64,000 bases of DNA. It comes from Candidatus Nealsonbacteria bacterium. Lineage in GTDB: Bacteria; Patescibacteriota; Minisyncoccia; Minisyncoccales; JANBVM01. How positions within the stretch are numbered: the first letter of the stretch is position 1; every line of letters starts with the position of its first letter. The translations under genes were made by a program, and so were the position numbers. Where the stretch lies: contig CP061210.1 in NCBI GenBank assembly GCA_026016225.1, positions 2,000 to 65,999 on the forward strand, written 5' to 3'. Under the pieces are notes generated by a model. The model did no database searches and was not told the origin of the DNA. It saw nothing but the letters and a program-made list of their open reading frames with translations. Of this stretch, positions 39,155-51,573 are shown one piece after another.

Positions 39155-42100
39155 TTATAACATTTCTTTACCAAAACCTGTACCTGCCGGTATTAACTTT
39201 CCAATAATCACATTTTCTTTGAGACCTAAAAGTTTATCTTCTTTCCCTTCAATTGCTGCCTTAATTAAAACCCGTGAGGTTTCCTGAAAGGAAGCGGCAG
39301 ATAAGAATGACTCTGTTGTTAAAGCCACCTTTGAAATTCCCAATAAAACTGGAGAGGCCGTAGCTAATTGAGAAGTTTTCTTCTTTAAGGATGCTAATTT
39401 TACCTTACTGTTTCTTTTTTTTATCTTAAGATTTTCTTCAGTAAGTCTTGCTTTTTCAATAATTTCACCCGGAATAAAAGGACTATCGCCGGAATCTTTG
39501 ACTTTCACTCTGGAAAACATCTGCCGAATAATAATCTCTAAGTGTTTATCATGGATTTGAACTCCTTGAGAAACATATATCTTTTGAATTTCCTTTATTA
39601 TATAATGCCATGTTTCTTCTTTATCTGTTAATTTAAACAACTTTTTTATATCCAAACTTCCTTCAGAAAGTTGTTGTCCCTTTTTAATAATTTCTCCTAA
39701 TTTTACCCAAATGGCTGATTGCGGAGGGATTTGATATTCCAGAATATCAGATTTTTTCTTGGATTTTTGACTTTTAATCTTTAACACTTTTTCTTGTGTA
39801 ATTTCCACTACTTTCCCATCGGTTAAAGAAATTACTGCCTCACCTTTTGGAATTCGAACCTCAAAAAGCTCCTGAATTCTCGGTAAACCAAAAGTAATAT
39901 CTATTCCTCCTGCTACTCCTCCCGTATGGAAGGTCCTCATTGTTAACTGGGTTCCCGGCTCGCCAATTGCCTGAGCAGCCACAATTCCAACCGCTTCTCC
40001 TAATTTAATTAATTTATTATTTCCCAAATCCCAACCGTAACATTTTTGACAAATCCCCCTAATACATTTACAGGATAAAGGAGAACGAATTTTTATTTTT
40101 TCAATTTTGGCCTCAATAATTTTTTTCCCTTTCTCCCAGTCAATAATTTCCCCTTTCTTGCAAATTACTTTTACACCGGCATCCTTCTTAGTCTTCACAT
40201 CTCCTAAACAAACCCTTCCTACAATTTTAAGAAGGAAATCCTGACCAATCTCGTCGGCATCCTCTCTTAAAATCTCAATCCCTGTCTTATCCTTACAATC
40301 TTCCTTTGAAACTATCACTTCGTGAGAAACATCAATTAACCTTCTGGTTAAATATCCTGCGCTGGAAGTTCTTAAGGCTTTATCTGCTGTTCCTTTCCTG
40401 GCTCCGTGAGTGGAGATAAAGTACTCAAGAACTGAAAGCCCCTCTTTATAGCAACTTTTCACCGGTAACTCAATAATTTCCCCTACCGGATTTATAACCA
40501 AACCTTTCATCCCACTCATTTGAACAGCCTGGGTCCACGAGCCTTTAGATCCTGCGTCAATCATTTGAAAGACGGAACCTCTTTTTGGCAATGTTTTTGG
40601 AACTTCTCTCTCTATCTCTAATTTCACCCTGCTCCAAATACTGATTATTTTAACCGATCTTTCTTCAGGAGAAAGAAGTCCTTTTTTGAAATAATTTTCA
40701 ACTTTTTCCTCTTCTTTTTGAGCTATGTCCAAAATTTTCTTTTTTTCTTCAGGTATAATTAAATCATCTACTCCCCAGGTAATACCAGCTAAAGTAGAAT
40801 ACTCAAATCCTAAATCTTTAATTTCATCAAGCGTAGCTTCGATAACATCTTTTGGATACTTCTCAATAATCTCTCCTAAAATCTTCTTTAAATCTTTTAT
40901 TTTAATTAGTCTGTTCTGAAAAGGAAAATCTGCGGGTAGAGCTTCGTTGAATAAAATTCTACCTGCAGAGGTCTCAATTAAGTGAGAAGATTTTTCTTTT
41001 TTGAGTTTTTGAACTTTATTTTTAAAGCCTTTAATGTTTACTTTTATTTTTGCCTTAGGACTAATTTTGCCAAGATTATATGACAAAACTGCTTCGTCTG
41101 GAGTTATAAAAGTTTTTCCCTCTCCTTTTTCGTTTTCCCATATATCGGTCAACCAATAACAGCCTAAAATAATATCTTGATTAATGCTAACAACGGGCAT
41201 TCCGTTAGCAGGTTTTAAAACATTTAAGCCAGACAACATTCGTTCTTTTACTTCTTTTTGTGCCATATCGGATAGAGGTACGTGAACAGCCATTTGGTCT
41301 CCATCAAAGTCAGCATTAAATGCATTACAAACCATTGGATGAATCCTAATTGCTTCTCCTTCAATTAGTATGGGGTAAAAAGCCTGAATACCTAATCTAT
41401 GCAGGGTGGGCGCTCGATTTAGTAAAATTAACTTTTCTTTTACCACTTCTTCTAAAGATTCCCAAACTTCATCAGTTTCATCATCAATTAATCTTGAAGC
41501 TCCTCTGACATTATAAGCAAGTTCTTTTTCCAAAAGTTTTTTAATAACAAATGGCTTAAAGAGTTCTAAGGCCATCTTTTTTGGTAAACCCACCTGATTA
41601 AATTTTAATTCAGGCCCCACCACTATTACTGACCTTCCAGAATAATCAACTCTCTTTCCTAAAAGATTTTGCCTGAATCTACCCTGTTTACCTTTAAGTA
41701 TATCAGCTAAAGACTTTAATAATCTTCTTCCTCCTGTTGTTGCCCGGGTGGTTGTTCCTCTCCTCATACCATTATCAATTAAAGAATCTACCGCTTCCTG
41801 TAACATCCTCTTTTCATTTCTAATGATTACCTCAGGAGCTCCGATTTCCAAAAGATACTTTAATCTATTATTTCGATTGATTACTCTTCTGTATAAATCG
41901 TTTAAATCAGAGGAGGCGTATCTTCCTCCATCCAATTGAACCATTGGCCGTAAACCAGAAGGTAAAACAGGTAGAACCGTCAAAAACATCCATTCGGGAC
42001 GAATGTTTGTTGAATCCATTATCTGAAAAAGTTTTAATCTTCTTAGAGTTTTTTTTCTTTTCTGACCGCTAACTTGCTCTAATTCTTTTTTTAGCTTTTT

Positions 42101-42820
42101 GATTTCTTTTTTCAGGTCAATCTTCTCAAATATTCTTCTTAAACTCTCAGCTCCTGTTCCTGCTTCAAAAACTTCTCCATATTTCAAAGAGAAATCACGA
42201 TATTTAACCTCAGATAAAATTTTTAAAGGTTCAATTGATAAAACATTTCCTTTTGCCTTGTTTCTTGCTATTCTCAATGCTTGAAGGTCAGATTTTAATA
42301 ATTTAGTTCCTTTTCTTTTTTCTTTAAGCTCAGATTTTAATTTTTTTTCTTTCCTTTTGTACTCTTTATTAATACTTTCCAAAACATCTCTCTTTGCTTC
42401 CTTATTCACACTGGTCACAATATAAGAGGAAAAATAAATTACCCTTTCTAATTGCTGCATTGAAATATCCAAAAACATTCCCATTCTTGATGGAATACCT
42501 TTTAAAAACCATATATGTGAGACAGGAGCGGCTAACTTAATATGACCCATTCTTTTTCTCCGTACAGATGACTTTGTTACTTCCACTCCGCATCTATCAC
42601 AAACTATACCTTTGTAGCGAATTCTTTTATACTTGCCGCAATAACACTGATAGTCTCTTTCTGGTCCAAATATTTTTTGGCAAAAAAGTCCATCCTTTTC
42701 AGCTCTTTGAGTTCGATAGTTAATAGTTTCCGGTTTAGTAACCTCACCGTAGCTCCATGATAAAATCTCCTCTGGCGAGGCTATTTTTATTCTGATTGCT
42801 TCTAAGTTTTCTACTCTCAT
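39155..42820 (-). CDS. rpoC: RNA polymerase subunit beta-prime
   Basis: [19 protein letters not shown] and [13 protein letters not shown]. Confidence 0.99.
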   Translation of the reverse strand: MRVENLEAIRIKIASPEEILSWSYGEVTKPETINYRTQRAEKDGLFCQKIFGPERDYQCYCGKYKRIRYKGIVCDRCGVEVTKSSVRRKRMGHIKLAAPVSHIWFLKGIPSRMGMFLDISMQQLERVIYFSSYIVTSVNKEAKRDVLESINKEYKRKEKKLKSELKEKRKGTKLLKSDLQALRIARNKAKGNVLSIEPLKILSEVKYRDFSLKYGEVFEAGTGAESLRRIFEKIDLKKEIKKLKKELEQVSGQKRKKTLRRLKLFQIMDSTNIRPEWMFLTVLPVLPSGLRPMVQLDGGRYASSDLNDLYRRVINRNNRLKYLLEIGAPEVIIRNEKRMLQEAVDSLIDNGMRRGTTTRATTGGRRLLKSLADILKGKQGRFRQNLLGKRVDYSGRSVIVVGPELKFNQVGLPKKMALELFKPFVIKKLLEKELAYNVRGASRLIDDETDEVWESLEEVVKEKLILLNRAPTLHRLGIQAFYPILIEGEAIRIHPMVCNAFNADFDGDQMAVHVPLSDMAQKEVKERMLSGLNVLKPANGMPVVSINQDIILGCYWLTDIWENEKGEGKTFITPDEAVLSYNLGKISPKAKIKVNIKGFKNKVQKLKKEKSSHLIETSAGRILFNEALPADFPFQNRLIKIKDLKKILGEIIEKYPKDVIEATLDEIKDLGFEYSTLAGITWGVDDLIIPEEKKKILDIAQKEEEKVENYFKKGLLSPEERSVKIISIWSRVKLEIEREVPKTLPKRGSVFQMIDAGSKGSWTQAVQMSGMKGLVINPVGEIIELPVKSCYKEGLSVLEYFISTHGARKGTADKALRTSSAGYLTRRLIDVSHEVIVSKEDCKDKTGIEILREDADEIGQDFLLKIVGRVCLGDVKTKKDAGVKVICKKGEIIDWEKGKKIIEAKIEKIKIRSPLSCKCIRGICQKCYGWDLGNNKLIKLGEAVGIVAAQAIGEPGTQLTMRTFHTGGVAGGIDITFGLPRIQELFEVRIPKGEAVISLTDGKVVEITQEKVLKIKSQKSKKKSDILEYQIPPQSAIWVKLGEIIKKGQQLSEGSLDIKKLFKLTDKEETWHYIIKEIQKIYVSQGVQIHDKHLEIIIRQMFSRVKVKDSGDSPFIPGEIIEKARLTEENLKIKKRNSKVKLASLKKKTSQLATASPVLLGISKVALTTESFLSAASFQETSRVLIKAAIEGKEDKLLGLKENVIIGKLIPAGTGFGKEML

Positions 42821-42863
42821 AATTAAAGTTAGATTGTTAGAAATATTAGGTAGGCCTGCTCGC

Positions 42864-45800
42864 TTATTTTCTTTCTTCTTTTTCTTTCTCTTTCACTTCC
42901 ACATTCAATCCTAATGCCTTTAATTCGTTAACTAAAAGGTCAAAGGAGGCTGGAATATTAGGTGCTTTTATTTCTTCTCCTTTCAAGATTGACTCATAGG
43001 TTGATGCTCTTCCTAAAACATCATCAGATTTTATAGTTAACATTTCCTGGAGTGTATGAGCTGCGCCATATCCCTCTAAAGCCCAAACCTCCATCTCACC
43101 AAATCTCTGTCCACCGAACTGGGCTTTCCCTCCCAATGGTTGCTGGGTAATTAAAGAGTAAGGACCAATAGAGCGCATATGAATTTTATCTTCAACCATG
43201 TGAATTAACTTCATCATATATATAAAACCTACGGTAATCTTTTCCGAAAAAGGAAAACCTGTTCTCCCGTCGAAAAGTTGAATTTTTCCTCCTTCGGGAA
43301 ATCCTGCTTCTTTAAGTTCTTTCTTTATATCTTCTCCAGTCGCTCCAGAAAGCGCAGGAGTAATAGCATAATATCCAAGGTTTTTAGCCGCCAAACCCAA
43401 GTGGGTTTCCAGAACCTGACCTAAATTCATTCTCGAAACTACGCTTAAAGGACTAATAATAATGTCTATGGGAGTACCATCTGCTAAAAAGGGCATCTCT
43501 TCTATTGGTAATACTTTTGAAATTACACCTTTATTTCCATGTCTGCCCGCTAACTTATCTCCTGCTTGAACTTTTCTAATATGTGCTACTTCAACTTCAA
43601 CTCTCTTTATAACTCCGGGTTCAAGTTTGTCTCCTAACTCCCTGGAAAAAACTTTAACTCCCACAATCCTGCCTCTCTTTCCATGTTCCATTCTTAATGA
43701 ACTATCTTTTACTTCTTTTGCCTTTTCTCCAAAAATTGCTTTTAACAATCTTTCTTCCGGTGTTAGCTCTTCTTTACCTTTTGGAGAAATCTTCCCAACT
43801 AAAATATCGTTTGGTCCAACCTCTGCTCCAATTCGAATCACTCCTTCTTCATCCAAATCTTTCAGTTTTTCTTCGGAAACATTAGGAATATCACCTGTCG
43901 TTATTTCAGGTCCTAATTTAGTTTCTCTAACATCACAGCTAAAACTCTCAATATGAATTGAAGTGTAAGCATCATCTTTTACAAGTCTTTCTGAAATTAA
44001 AATAGCATCTTCAAAATTTCCTCCCCGCCAGGGCATAAAAGCCACTAAAATATTTTGACCTAAAGATAAATATCCCTTTGAAATCGCACCACCTTCGGTC
44101 AGAAGTTGCCCTTTCTTTATCTTTTGACCTTTTTTTACTATCGGCTTTTGGTGAAAACAAGTATATTGATTTGTTCTAACAAAAGTTTTCAGCTCAAAAT
44201 TTAAGATTTTAGATTTTGAAGTTTTGACTTTAATATGGTCAGCATCAACCTCAATAACTTTTCCGCTCTCCTGACTAATAACTGCTTGTCCTGAATCCTC
44301 AGCAACTCTTTTTTCCAATCCCGTCATTACCAAAGGGGGTTCTGGATTAATGAGAGGAACTGATTGTCGTTGCATGTTTGAACCCATAAGAGCTCTGTTA
44401 GCATCGTCGTTTTGTAAAAAGGGAATTAGAGAAGTAGCAATAGAAATTGGTTGTTCCGGAGAAACATCGATAAAATCTAACTCCTTTTTATCAATTATGT
44501 CTGGTTTCCCTTTTACTCTAGCCTCTACGTTTTTAGATATAATATTGCCTTTTTTATCAATAGGTATTACTCCTGAGGCAATATTGTATTTTTCCTCCTC
44601 ATAAGCATTAAAATATCTAACATTAGAGGTTATTTTCCCCTTTTCAACTTTAATATAGGGGGTTTCTAAAAAACCATAAGAGTTAATTCTGGCAAAACTA
44701 GCTAAGTGATTTACCAACCCAATATTTGATCCCTCTGGGCTTTGAATTGGACAAATTCTCCCATAGTGAGAAGGCTGAACATCTCTCACCTCAAAACCGG
44801 CTCTCTCTCTTGTTAAACCGCCAGGACCTGTAGCCGATAATCTCCTTTTGTGTTCTAATTCAGCTAAGGGATTTTGATTATCCATGAATTGGGACATTTG
44901 GCTTGACATAAAAAATTGCTTCACTATCACCATTACTGGTTTTGGATTAATTAACTGGCTTGGGGTTAAAACATGAACATCTAATGTTGACATTCTATCT
45001 CTAACAATCCTTTCCATTCTCATAAACCCTACTCTCAGCCTATTAACCAGCAACTCTGTGAAAGGTCTTACTCTTCTATTCCCCAAATGGTCAATCTGGT
45101 CAGGTTTTGCCTCGGGATTATTGCTCAGTCTAATAATTTCTCTCAATACTGCTATAACATCCTCCGGTTTTAAAACTCTGTCTGAAATTGTTATTTCTTC
45201 ATTTAAGTTTTGAGTTTTATCTTTTTTCTTCGAACTAATCTTTGTTTTTAATTCTGGTAATCTCGACCACATCCTCCATCTTCCAACTTTTGACAAATCA
45301 TATCTTTCAAAATTAAAAAACATATTTTCTATTAATTCCTTGGCAGTATCAGGAGTAACCATATCTCCAGGCCTCAACCTCTGGTAAATCTCAACTAAAG
45401 CTTCTGCCTGGTTATGAGTCAGGTCTCTTTTTAAGGTCTCTTTAATATGGTCAACTTCTCCCTTATTGACGTCTTGAAACTTCTCTTTAATTGACAGGTC
45501 ATTATCAATACCAAAAGCTCTTAGAAGTGTTGTGGCAGCCACCTTTCTTTTCCTATCAATCTTTACCCCTATTGCTCCTGAAGAATCTGTTTCGAATTCT
45601 AACCAGGATCCTCTGTTGGGAATAATTTTTGCCCCAAAACAATTCCTTCCCGAAAGTCTCCTCCTGGTGAAAAATGCTCCTGGAGAACGAATTAATTGAG
45701 AAATAACTACTCTTTCAACTCCATTAACAACAAAAGTTCCCCTTTCGGTTTGTAAGGGGAAGTCACACAAAAATACTTCTTGCTCTTTTATGTCTTTAGT

Positions 45801-46088
45801 TTTTAGATTAACAAGTCTTGTTTTAATAATCAGGGGTGCTTCATATGAATCGTTATTCTTTTTTGCCTCAAAGTCTGATTTATATTTCGGTTCCTTCAAT
45901 TTATAATCCAAAAACCAAAGCTCAAATTCTTTTTTAGTATAATCTCGAATAGGAGAAATTTCTTGAAATAATTGTTTCAATTCTTTATCGCAAAAACTTC
46001 GCCAGCTCTCTTTTTGCAGGCTTAATAAATAAGGTAATGGTAAATGGATTTTGGACTTGGCAAAGTTCTTTATTCTTGTTCTTTGCAT
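42864..46088 (-). CDS. rpoB: RNA polymerase subunit beta
   Basis: [23 protein letters not shown] and [14 protein letters not shown]. Confidence 0.99.
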   Translation of the reverse strand: MQRTRIKNFAKSKIHLPLPYLLSLQKESWRSFCDKELKQLFQEISPIRDYTKKEFELWFLDYKLKEPKYKSDFEAKKNNDSYEAPLIIKTRLVNLKTKDIKEQEVFLCDFPLQTERGTFVVNGVERVVISQLIRSPGAFFTRRRLSGRNCFGAKIIPNRGSWLEFETDSSGAIGVKIDRKRKVAATTLLRAFGIDNDLSIKEKFQDVNKGEVDHIKETLKRDLTHNQAEALVEIYQRLRPGDMVTPDTAKELIENMFFNFERYDLSKVGRWRMWSRLPELKTKISSKKKDKTQNLNEEITISDRVLKPEDVIAVLREIIRLSNNPEAKPDQIDHLGNRRVRPFTELLVNRLRVGFMRMERIVRDRMSTLDVHVLTPSQLINPKPVMVIVKQFFMSSQMSQFMDNQNPLAELEHKRRLSATGPGGLTRERAGFEVRDVQPSHYGRICPIQSPEGSNIGLVNHLASFARINSYGFLETPYIKVEKGKITSNVRYFNAYEEEKYNIASGVIPIDKKGNIISKNVEARVKGKPDIIDKKELDFIDVSPEQPISIATSLIPFLQNDDANRALMGSNMQRQSVPLINPEPPLVMTGLEKRVAEDSGQAVISQESGKVIEVDADHIKVKTSKSKILNFELKTFVRTNQYTCFHQKPIVKKGQKIKKGQLLTEGGAISKGYLSLGQNILVAFMPWRGGNFEDAILISERLVKDDAYTSIHIESFSCDVRETKLGPEITTGDIPNVSEEKLKDLDEEGVIRIGAEVGPNDILVGKISPKGKEELTPEERLLKAIFGEKAKEVKDSSLRMEHGKRGRIVGVKVFSRELGDKLEPGVIKRVEVEVAHIRKVQAGDKLAGRHGNKGVISKVLPIEEMPFLADGTPIDIIISPLSVVSRMNLGQVLETHLGLAAKNLGYYAITPALSGATGEDIKKELKEAGFPEGGKIQLFDGRTGFPFSEKITVGFIYMMKLIHMVEDKIHMRSIGPYSLITQQPLGGKAQFGGQRFGEMEVWALEGYGAAHTLQEMLTIKSDDVLGRASTYESILKGEEIKAPNIPASFDLLVNELKALGLNVEVKEKEKEERK

Positions 46089-46112
46089 AATATTAATTAT
46101 AATTAAATAGCG

Positions 46113-46145
46113 AAAAATACCCCCAACGCTATTGGGGTATTTTTT
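46113..46145. terminator. Strong hairpin with A/T tracts just upstream of rpoB
   Basis: AAAAATACCCCCAA-CGCTA-TTGGGGTATTTTTT. Confidence 0.65.
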
Positions 46146-46269
46146 GCTCCCGTAATTTATTTATCAGAAAATAAGCAAAGACTTAACAACCAAAATTAAC
46201 TATATAAATTATTTTAATCTTATTTAAAAATTTGTCAACCCCTATCTGAATCTGGACAACTAAGGGAGC

Positions 46270-47367
46270 CTAAGGGTTAGCTTTCATACTCTGAAGCATC
46301 CCTAACCCGATAAAAGTGGCAATTAAGCTCGAACCCCCATAGCTTATTAATGGTAAAGAAATTCCAATTATAGGAAGAAGACCGATATTCATACCAATAT
46401 GAATAAAGATTTGTGAAAGTAAAAGAATAGCAAAACCTGCGGCAAAAAGACGGCAAAAATTTGAGTTACTAAAAACAGCAATTTTCAAAATACGCCAGAT
46501 TAAAACAACAAATAATAAAAGTAAAATTCCGACTCCAATCAGCCCCATTTCTTCTGCTATAACAGAGAAGATAAAATCAGTCTTTGGTTCGGGTAAGAAT
46601 CCGTATTGAGATTGAGAACCTTTACCTATTCCTTGTCCATAGATTCCGCCAGAACCTATGGCAATCTTTGCCTGTCTCTGGCTCCACCCCACTTCAAGTG
46701 GGTCGGATATTTGAGGTCTAATAAAACTCAAAATCCTCTCTTTCTGGTAATCTTTTAAAATGGTTGACCAACTTAAAATTAAAATTAAAACTCCCAACAA
46801 AAGCAATGCTAAAAAATGGCGCAATTTAATTCCTGAAATAATCAAAATTCCCATCCATAAACTCAGTAAAATTAAAACAGAACCTAAATCAGGTTGAAAA
46901 AAAATTAAAAGAGCGGGGGAAAAAACATAGAAACCTGAAATTAAGATATGAATTACCCTGTACATTTCAACATGTCTCCTTGAAAAGTATTTTGCCAACA
47001 AAACAATTAAAACAATTTTTGTAAATTCTATCGGGTCAAAAGAAACAGGACCTATTTTATACCAGGACCTAACTCCCCTTATTTCAGGGGCAAAAAAGAA
47101 TAAACCTCCTAACAAAACGAGGCATAAAAAATAAAGAATCAAAATTAAATAAGGGTCTTCTAAAAGCAAACGCCAATCAAAAAAACTAATTATGAGCATC
47201 AAAAAAAATCCTATTCCTAAAAAGACAATTTGTTTTTTAAAAGCGAAAAAATCTTTCCTGCCGATTGAAGAACTATATATTGCTAAAAGACCAATACTTA
47301 TTAAAAGTAAAGCAAAAATAATTAAGGTCCAATCCAATTTTTTACTGTGAATTAAAATCCCTCTCAT
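46270..47367 (-). CDS. rodA: SEDS family peptidoglycan polymerase, RodA-like
   Basis: QPDLGS, AIGSGG, FLPEPKTDFIFS and LPLISYGGSS. Confidence 0.88.
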   Translation of the reverse strand: MRGILIHSKKLDWTLIIFALLLISIGLLAIYSSSIGRKDFFAFKKQIVFLGIGFFLMLIISFFDWRLLLEDPYLILILYFLCLVLLGGLFFFAPEIRGVRSWYKIGPVSFDPIEFTKIVLIVLLAKYFSRRHVEMYRVIHILISGFYVFSPALLIFFQPDLGSVLILLSLWMGILIISGIKLRHFLALLLLGVLILILSWSTILKDYQKERILSFIRPQISDPLEVGWSQRQAKIAIGSGGIYGQGIGKGSQSQYGFLPEPKTDFIFSVIAEEMGLIGVGILLLLFVVLIWRILKIAVFSNSNFCRLFAAGFAILLLSQIFIHIGMNIGLLPIIGISLPLISYGGSSLIATFIGLGMLQSMKANP

Positions 47368-49412
47368 TGAATTAGTTTTAAAAATTCCTGTTCCCCTATT
47401 CTCTTTATGCCAAATTTTTTGACTTCTTTAAGTTTCGAGCCAGGCTTTTCGCCAACAATTACATAATCTATCTTTTCCGATACTGATTCGGAAATCTCTC
47501 CGCCAAGTTCTCTTATTCTTTTTTTCGCTTCATCCCTGGTTAAAGTTTCTAAGGCTCCGGTTAAAACAAAAGTTCTTCCTCTTAAGGGTTGGTATTTAGT
47601 TCTTTCCTTCCTTCCAATTTTCACTCCAGCTTTTTTCAGTTTTTTTAATAATTCTAAATTTCTTTTTTTGTGAAAAAAATCATAAATTGAATCAGCCACT
47701 GCAAAACCAATGTCTCTTATTCTTTCCAAATCAGAAGGAGAAGCTTTTTTTAAATTTTCTATGGAACCGAATTTCTTAGCTAAAAGATAGGCTGTTTTCT
47801 CGCCAACATTTCTAATTCCCAAAGCAAAAATAAATTTAGGAAGAGTAATTTCTTTTTTTGATTGTATGGCTGTAATTAAATTTTTGGCAGATTTTTCAGC
47901 AAATCTTTCTAAGAGTGAAATATCACCTTCTTTTAAATTAAATAAATCAGCCGGGTCAGAAACCAAACCTTCTTCAATTAGTTTATTAATAATTTTTGGT
48001 CCCAAACCTACGACATCAAAAGCTCCTTTTGAGATAAAATGATAAAAATATTTCCTTCTTCTCGCAAAGCATTTTGGATTTAGACAACGCCAAACAACTT
48101 CTTTTTCCGGTTTTACTAATTTTGTTTGGCAGGAAGGACAAAATCTCGGCATTTTAAATTTTTCCTCTTTCCCTGTTCTCAGCTTTGGTAAAACTTTAGA
48201 TACAGAAGGTATTACGTCTCCTGCTCTTTCTACAATAACCGTATCTCCGATTCTAACCCCCAATTTCTTTATTTCGTCTTCGTTGTGTAAAGTAGCTCGG
48301 GAAATCACTACCCCATCAATCTCTACCGGTTTCAAGACGGCTACCGGAGTTACAGCTCCGGTTCTTCCAATTTGTAATTTTATGTCTTTAATAATAGTTG
48401 CCGCTTGTTTTGACGGGAATTTAAAAGCCCTTATACCTTTTGGACTTTTTCCAACTACGCCAAGTTTATCAAATAATTGATTGTTATCAACGCTTAGCAC
48501 AACACCATCAATCTGAAAAGGGAAATTTTCTCTTTTCTCACTTGTCTCTGCATAATAATTTATAACTTCTGTTAGATTTTTACATTCTTTACCGAGGTCG
48601 GTTTTAAAACCTAACATAGATAAAATCTTGTGTTCCTGAGAATGTTTCTTTTGACCTAAGTTTGTAATTATATCATAGGCAAAAAATTTTAAAGGGCGGG
48701 AACCAGCTATTGTTGGGTCTAACTGCCGTATTGACCCCGCAGCCAGATTTCTTGGATTAGCAAAGGTTTTTTCTCCCCTTTTTTGCATTTTTTTGTTTAG
48801 TTTTTCAAAATCTCTTTTTTCCATATAAACCTCACCCCGAATTTCAATCATTCCCCAATTAATTAATCTCTCAATATTGTTCTTTGTTTCTTTTGATAAA
48901 TTAAAATCAAAATCTGGTAAAGAGTGAATTCTTATTTTTAAAGGAATACTTTCAATTGTTTTAAGATTCTGAGTAACATCCTCACCAACCTTACCGTTTC
49001 CTCTCGTGGCACCACGTTCCAAAATACCATTTTTGTAAAGCAAAGTAATGGCAAAACCATCAATTTTTAACTCTGCAAACCATTCAAATTTTTGAGAAGG
49101 AATTAATCTTTTTAAGTAATCTTCCCATTCTTGCAATTCTTTTTCAGAAAAAATATCCTCTATTGAAAGCATGGGAACTTTATGTTCTACTTTTTTAAAA
49201 CCCTTTAAGGGACGACCTGCCACTCTTTGAGTAGGTGAGTCAGGACTGATAAATTCCGGGAATTGCTGTTCTAATTTGTAAAGTTCGTGTTTTAAAGAAT
49301 CTAAAGCAGGAGCTGAAATCTCTTGTTTATTCAAAACGTGATATAAATAACGGTGATAATTTATCACCTTTTTAAGTTTTTCTATTCTTTTTTTAACTTC
49401 CTTTTTTTTCAT
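47364..49412 (-). CDS. ligA: NAD-dependent DNA ligase
   Basis: ELKIDG, ATRGNG, ANPRNLAAGS, zinc finger and BRCT. Confidence 0.97.
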   Translation of the reverse strand: MKKKEVKKRIEKLKKVINYHRYLYHVLNKQEISAPALDSLKHELYKLEQQFPEFISPDSPTQRVAGRPLKGFKKVEHKVPMLSIEDIFSEKELQEWEDYLKRLIPSQKFEWFAELKIDGFAITLLYKNGILERGATRGNGKVGEDVTQNLKTIESIPLKIRIHSLPDFDFNLSKETKNNIERLINWGMIEIRGEVYMEKRDFEKLNKKMQKRGEKTFANPRNLAAGSIRQLDPTIAGSRPLKFFAYDIITNLGQKKHSQEHKILSMLGFKTDLGKECKNLTEVINYYAETSEKRENFPFQIDGVVLSVDNNQLFDKLGVVGKSPKGIRAFKFPSKQAATIIKDIKLQIGRTGAVTPVAVLKPVEIDGVVISRATLHNEDEIKKLGVRIGDTVIVERAGDVIPSVSKVLPKLRTGKEEKFKMPRFCPSCQTKLVKPEKEVVWRCLNPKCFARRRKYFYHFISKGAFDVVGLGPKIINKLIEEGLVSDPADLFNLKEGDISLLERFAEKSAKNLITAIQSKKEITLPKFIFALGIRNVGEKTAYLLAKKFGSIENLKKASPSDLERIRDIGFAVADSIYDFFHKKRNLELLKKLKKAGVKIGRKERTKYQPLRGRTFVLTGALETLTRDEAKKRIRELGGEISESVSEKIDYVIVGEKPGSKLKEVKKFGIKRIGEQEFLKLIQ

Positions 49413-49454
49413 AAAAAAAACAGGAGGGACAGGAGAGGGACTGTCCCTTATTGT

Positions 49455-49820
49455 TTAATACCGAGTCTCAATAGCTCTTTTTGTATTTTCATAAGAACCA
49501 ATTGACGTAATAGTAGTAATATCATTAGTATGAAATTCTACGTCATAACTTGCATCATTCACAAAAACTGTAGAAGTAGTATAGCCGTCAGATAAGCCAA
49601 TGCTTCTATCTTCATATAACACCACTTCAATTCCGGCATCAGCAGCATAAAAAGCGATAACTGAATACCCGATTTCTCTCATTATCTTAACCTGCCGAAT
49701 AAGAATAGTACTTATTCCCATGCTGATAGCTAAAAGAAAACTCAGTATAAAAACAGCTAACATAATTGAAACTCCCCTTTGAGAGTTGGAATATAGTTTG
49801 AATAATGCCTTAAATCCCAT
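49455..49820 (-). CDS. PilX-like minor pilin
   Basis: QRG|VSIMLAV, AFYAADAGIE and SIGSY...RAIE. Confidence 0.8.
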   Translation of the reverse strand: MGFKALFKLYSNSQRGVSIMLAVFILSFLLAISMGISTILIRQVKIMREIGYSVIAFYAADAGIEVVLYEDRSIGLSDGYTTSTVFVNDASYDVEFHTNDITTITSIGSYENTKRAIETRY

Positions 49821-49844
49821 AATTTTTAATTTACTATCTGCTAT

Positions 49845-50411
49845 TTATTTTTCTATATCTAAATTTCTTTGAGAAACCGTAGTCTGAATTCTTATTTTGG
49901 GAAGACCCGATGCGCCTTTCTTACCTATTTCTAAAAGCATTGTTATTCGCGGCTGAAGATTGTCTTCTTGTGTTTCTCCGGAAGGCTGGAATTTAAATTG
50001 AGTAATTTCTAAATCATCCGGGGTCAAGGGAAGACCAGCTGCTCCATCTCTTGATTCTTTAAGTTGATTATCTTCTGTATCCCAATAGAATTCCTGACAA
50101 ACAGGGGGGTCTTCGTAATTCTCAAATTTTATTCCTTTTCCTACTTTAGTAATCTCGTAATTTGTCTTAGCACTTATACAGCTACCATCTATATCTTTTC
50201 TTGCCATTCTTAAAGCGCGACTAATATATTCCACAAAATAGGAAGTATTATCAATAGTCTCCCGTAAAGCTAAAGCTCTATGTTGACTTCTTAAGGAAGA
50301 AATAAAAAAACCTGTAGGAACTGAAATTACAGTAGAGAATATGGCGACAGCTACTAAAACCTCAATTAGAGTATATCCCCATTTCTTGTTTATGGTTTCT
50401 CTATTGCTCAT
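49845..50411 (-). CDS. PilW-like minor pilin
   Basis: G|YTLIEVLVAV class III signal; ISRALRMA. Confidence 0.88.
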   Translation of the reverse strand: MSNRETINKKWGYTLIEVLVAVAIFSTVISVPTGFFISSLRSQHRALALRETIDNTSYFVEYISRALRMARKDIDGSCISAKTNYEITKVGKGIKFENYEDPPVCQEFYWDTEDNQLKESRDGAAGLPLTPDDLEITQFKFQPSGETQEDNLQPRITMLLEIGKKGASGLPKIRIQTTVSQRNLDIEK

Positions 50412-50931
50412 ACCAATTTGTTATATATTCTAAAGCTGTAAAAGTATGAGTTCTACCTCTTTCTTCCCAAGTAATTTCAACTATAACTTTTCTTTTATTG
50501 GTGTCTGGATTTAGCGGATCAACCTCAGCAATTGTAATTTTTCTGATAAATTTTGTTTGAACATCGGAGACTTCATAACCATAAAAGTTATCTGTTTGAA
50601 TATATAAAGGAGTACCACTATAACTTGTCAACGTCTGACTATCATAATCAGCCTCCCACTCACCCACACCTAAATACACATCCCAACTGAGGGAAGGATT
50701 AGTTCTCTTTTCCAACCAAGTACTGTCTCTTATATTTCTGACTATTTCAATTCCTTCTTGAGCTAAATAAGAAGCAATTGCTTTTTGTTCAACTATGGAG
50801 GACGCGGAAAGGGTCTGACTCATCAAAGAAAAAGAAGCTCCCACTCCGATAGTTAAAATAAAGATTGCCGTAATTACTTCTAATATTGTAAATGCCGCAT
50901 CACTTTTAAAAATTTCTTTTATTTTTTTCAC
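50401..50931 (-). CDS. PilV-like minor pilin
   Basis: A|FTILEVITAI; ASYLAQEGIEIVRNIRD. Confidence 0.85.
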   Translation of the reverse strand: MKKIKEIFKSDAAFTILEVITAIFILTIGVGASFSLMSQTLSASSIVEQKAIASYLAQEGIEIVRNIRDSTWLEKRTNPSLSWDVYLGVGEWEADYDSQTLTSYSGTPLYIQTDNFYGYEVSDVQTKFIRKITIAEVDPLNPDTNKRKVIVEITWEERGRTHTFTALEYITNWYEQ

Positions 50932-50988
50932 TTTTCTATAATGTTTTAATGTTTAGATGTTTCTATGCTTTTATGTTTAAATGAATTC

Positions 50989-51540
50989 TCAATCAATATC
51001 AATTAAACCAACATTATTTATAGTAATGGTTTTAGTTTCTGAGGAATCAGATTCCAAAGCAAGAGTAATTATTACCGAATTTATCTCCCCTCCTAATTCT
51101 TGATATTTTATCGTTATTTTTGGGTCAGGAGGTTTATAATTCACTGAAACCAAGTAAGAGGATGTATTTATATCCTCTATAACTACTCCTTCTTCTAACT
51201 CAATAGTTTCTATAATAGTATCTGATGAAGAAGTATAGAACTCATCTCCTTCTGCAGGGTCAGTATCAGCATATATGATGTATTGATTGTTTGAACTTTT
51301 ATCAAGAAAAATTCCGTAGTTAGGTGGTATTCCTCCTCCACATTCCGGACATTCTCTTGCTGACATTGCCATTTCTTGAGCCCTTCTTACGTCCTGGGCT
51401 AATTGATGAGCTGCTGTTCTGAGAGTAAATTTTTTTTGACTCTCTCTCTGGTTAACCATAACAAGTGAAGTCATGGTAACGACAATAAAAACAACAGTTA
51501 AAATTTCAAGCAATGTAAACCCCGCACTACTTTTACTCAT
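50989..51540 (-). CDS. FimT/FimU-like minor pilin
   Basis: G|FTLLEILTVV; LAQDVRRAQEMAMS. Confidence 0.88.
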   Translation of the reverse strand: MSKSSAGFTLLEILTVVFIVVTMTSLVMVNQRESQKKFTLRTAAHQLAQDVRRAQEMAMSARECPECGGGIPPNYGIFLDKSSNNQYIIYADTDPAEGDEFYTSSSDTIIETIELEEGVVIEDINTSSYLVSVNYKPPDPKITIKYQELGGEINSVIITLALESDSSETKTITINNVGLIDID

Positions 51541-51573
51541 ATTGGAAATTAGTTATTAGAAATTTGAAAATGG

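Noticed and set aside
50935..50985. ATGTTTnn 8-bp tandem (similar short tandems near 17000-17030 and 35890-35915)
   Set aside because: Low-complexity intergenic microsatellites with no evidence of function.
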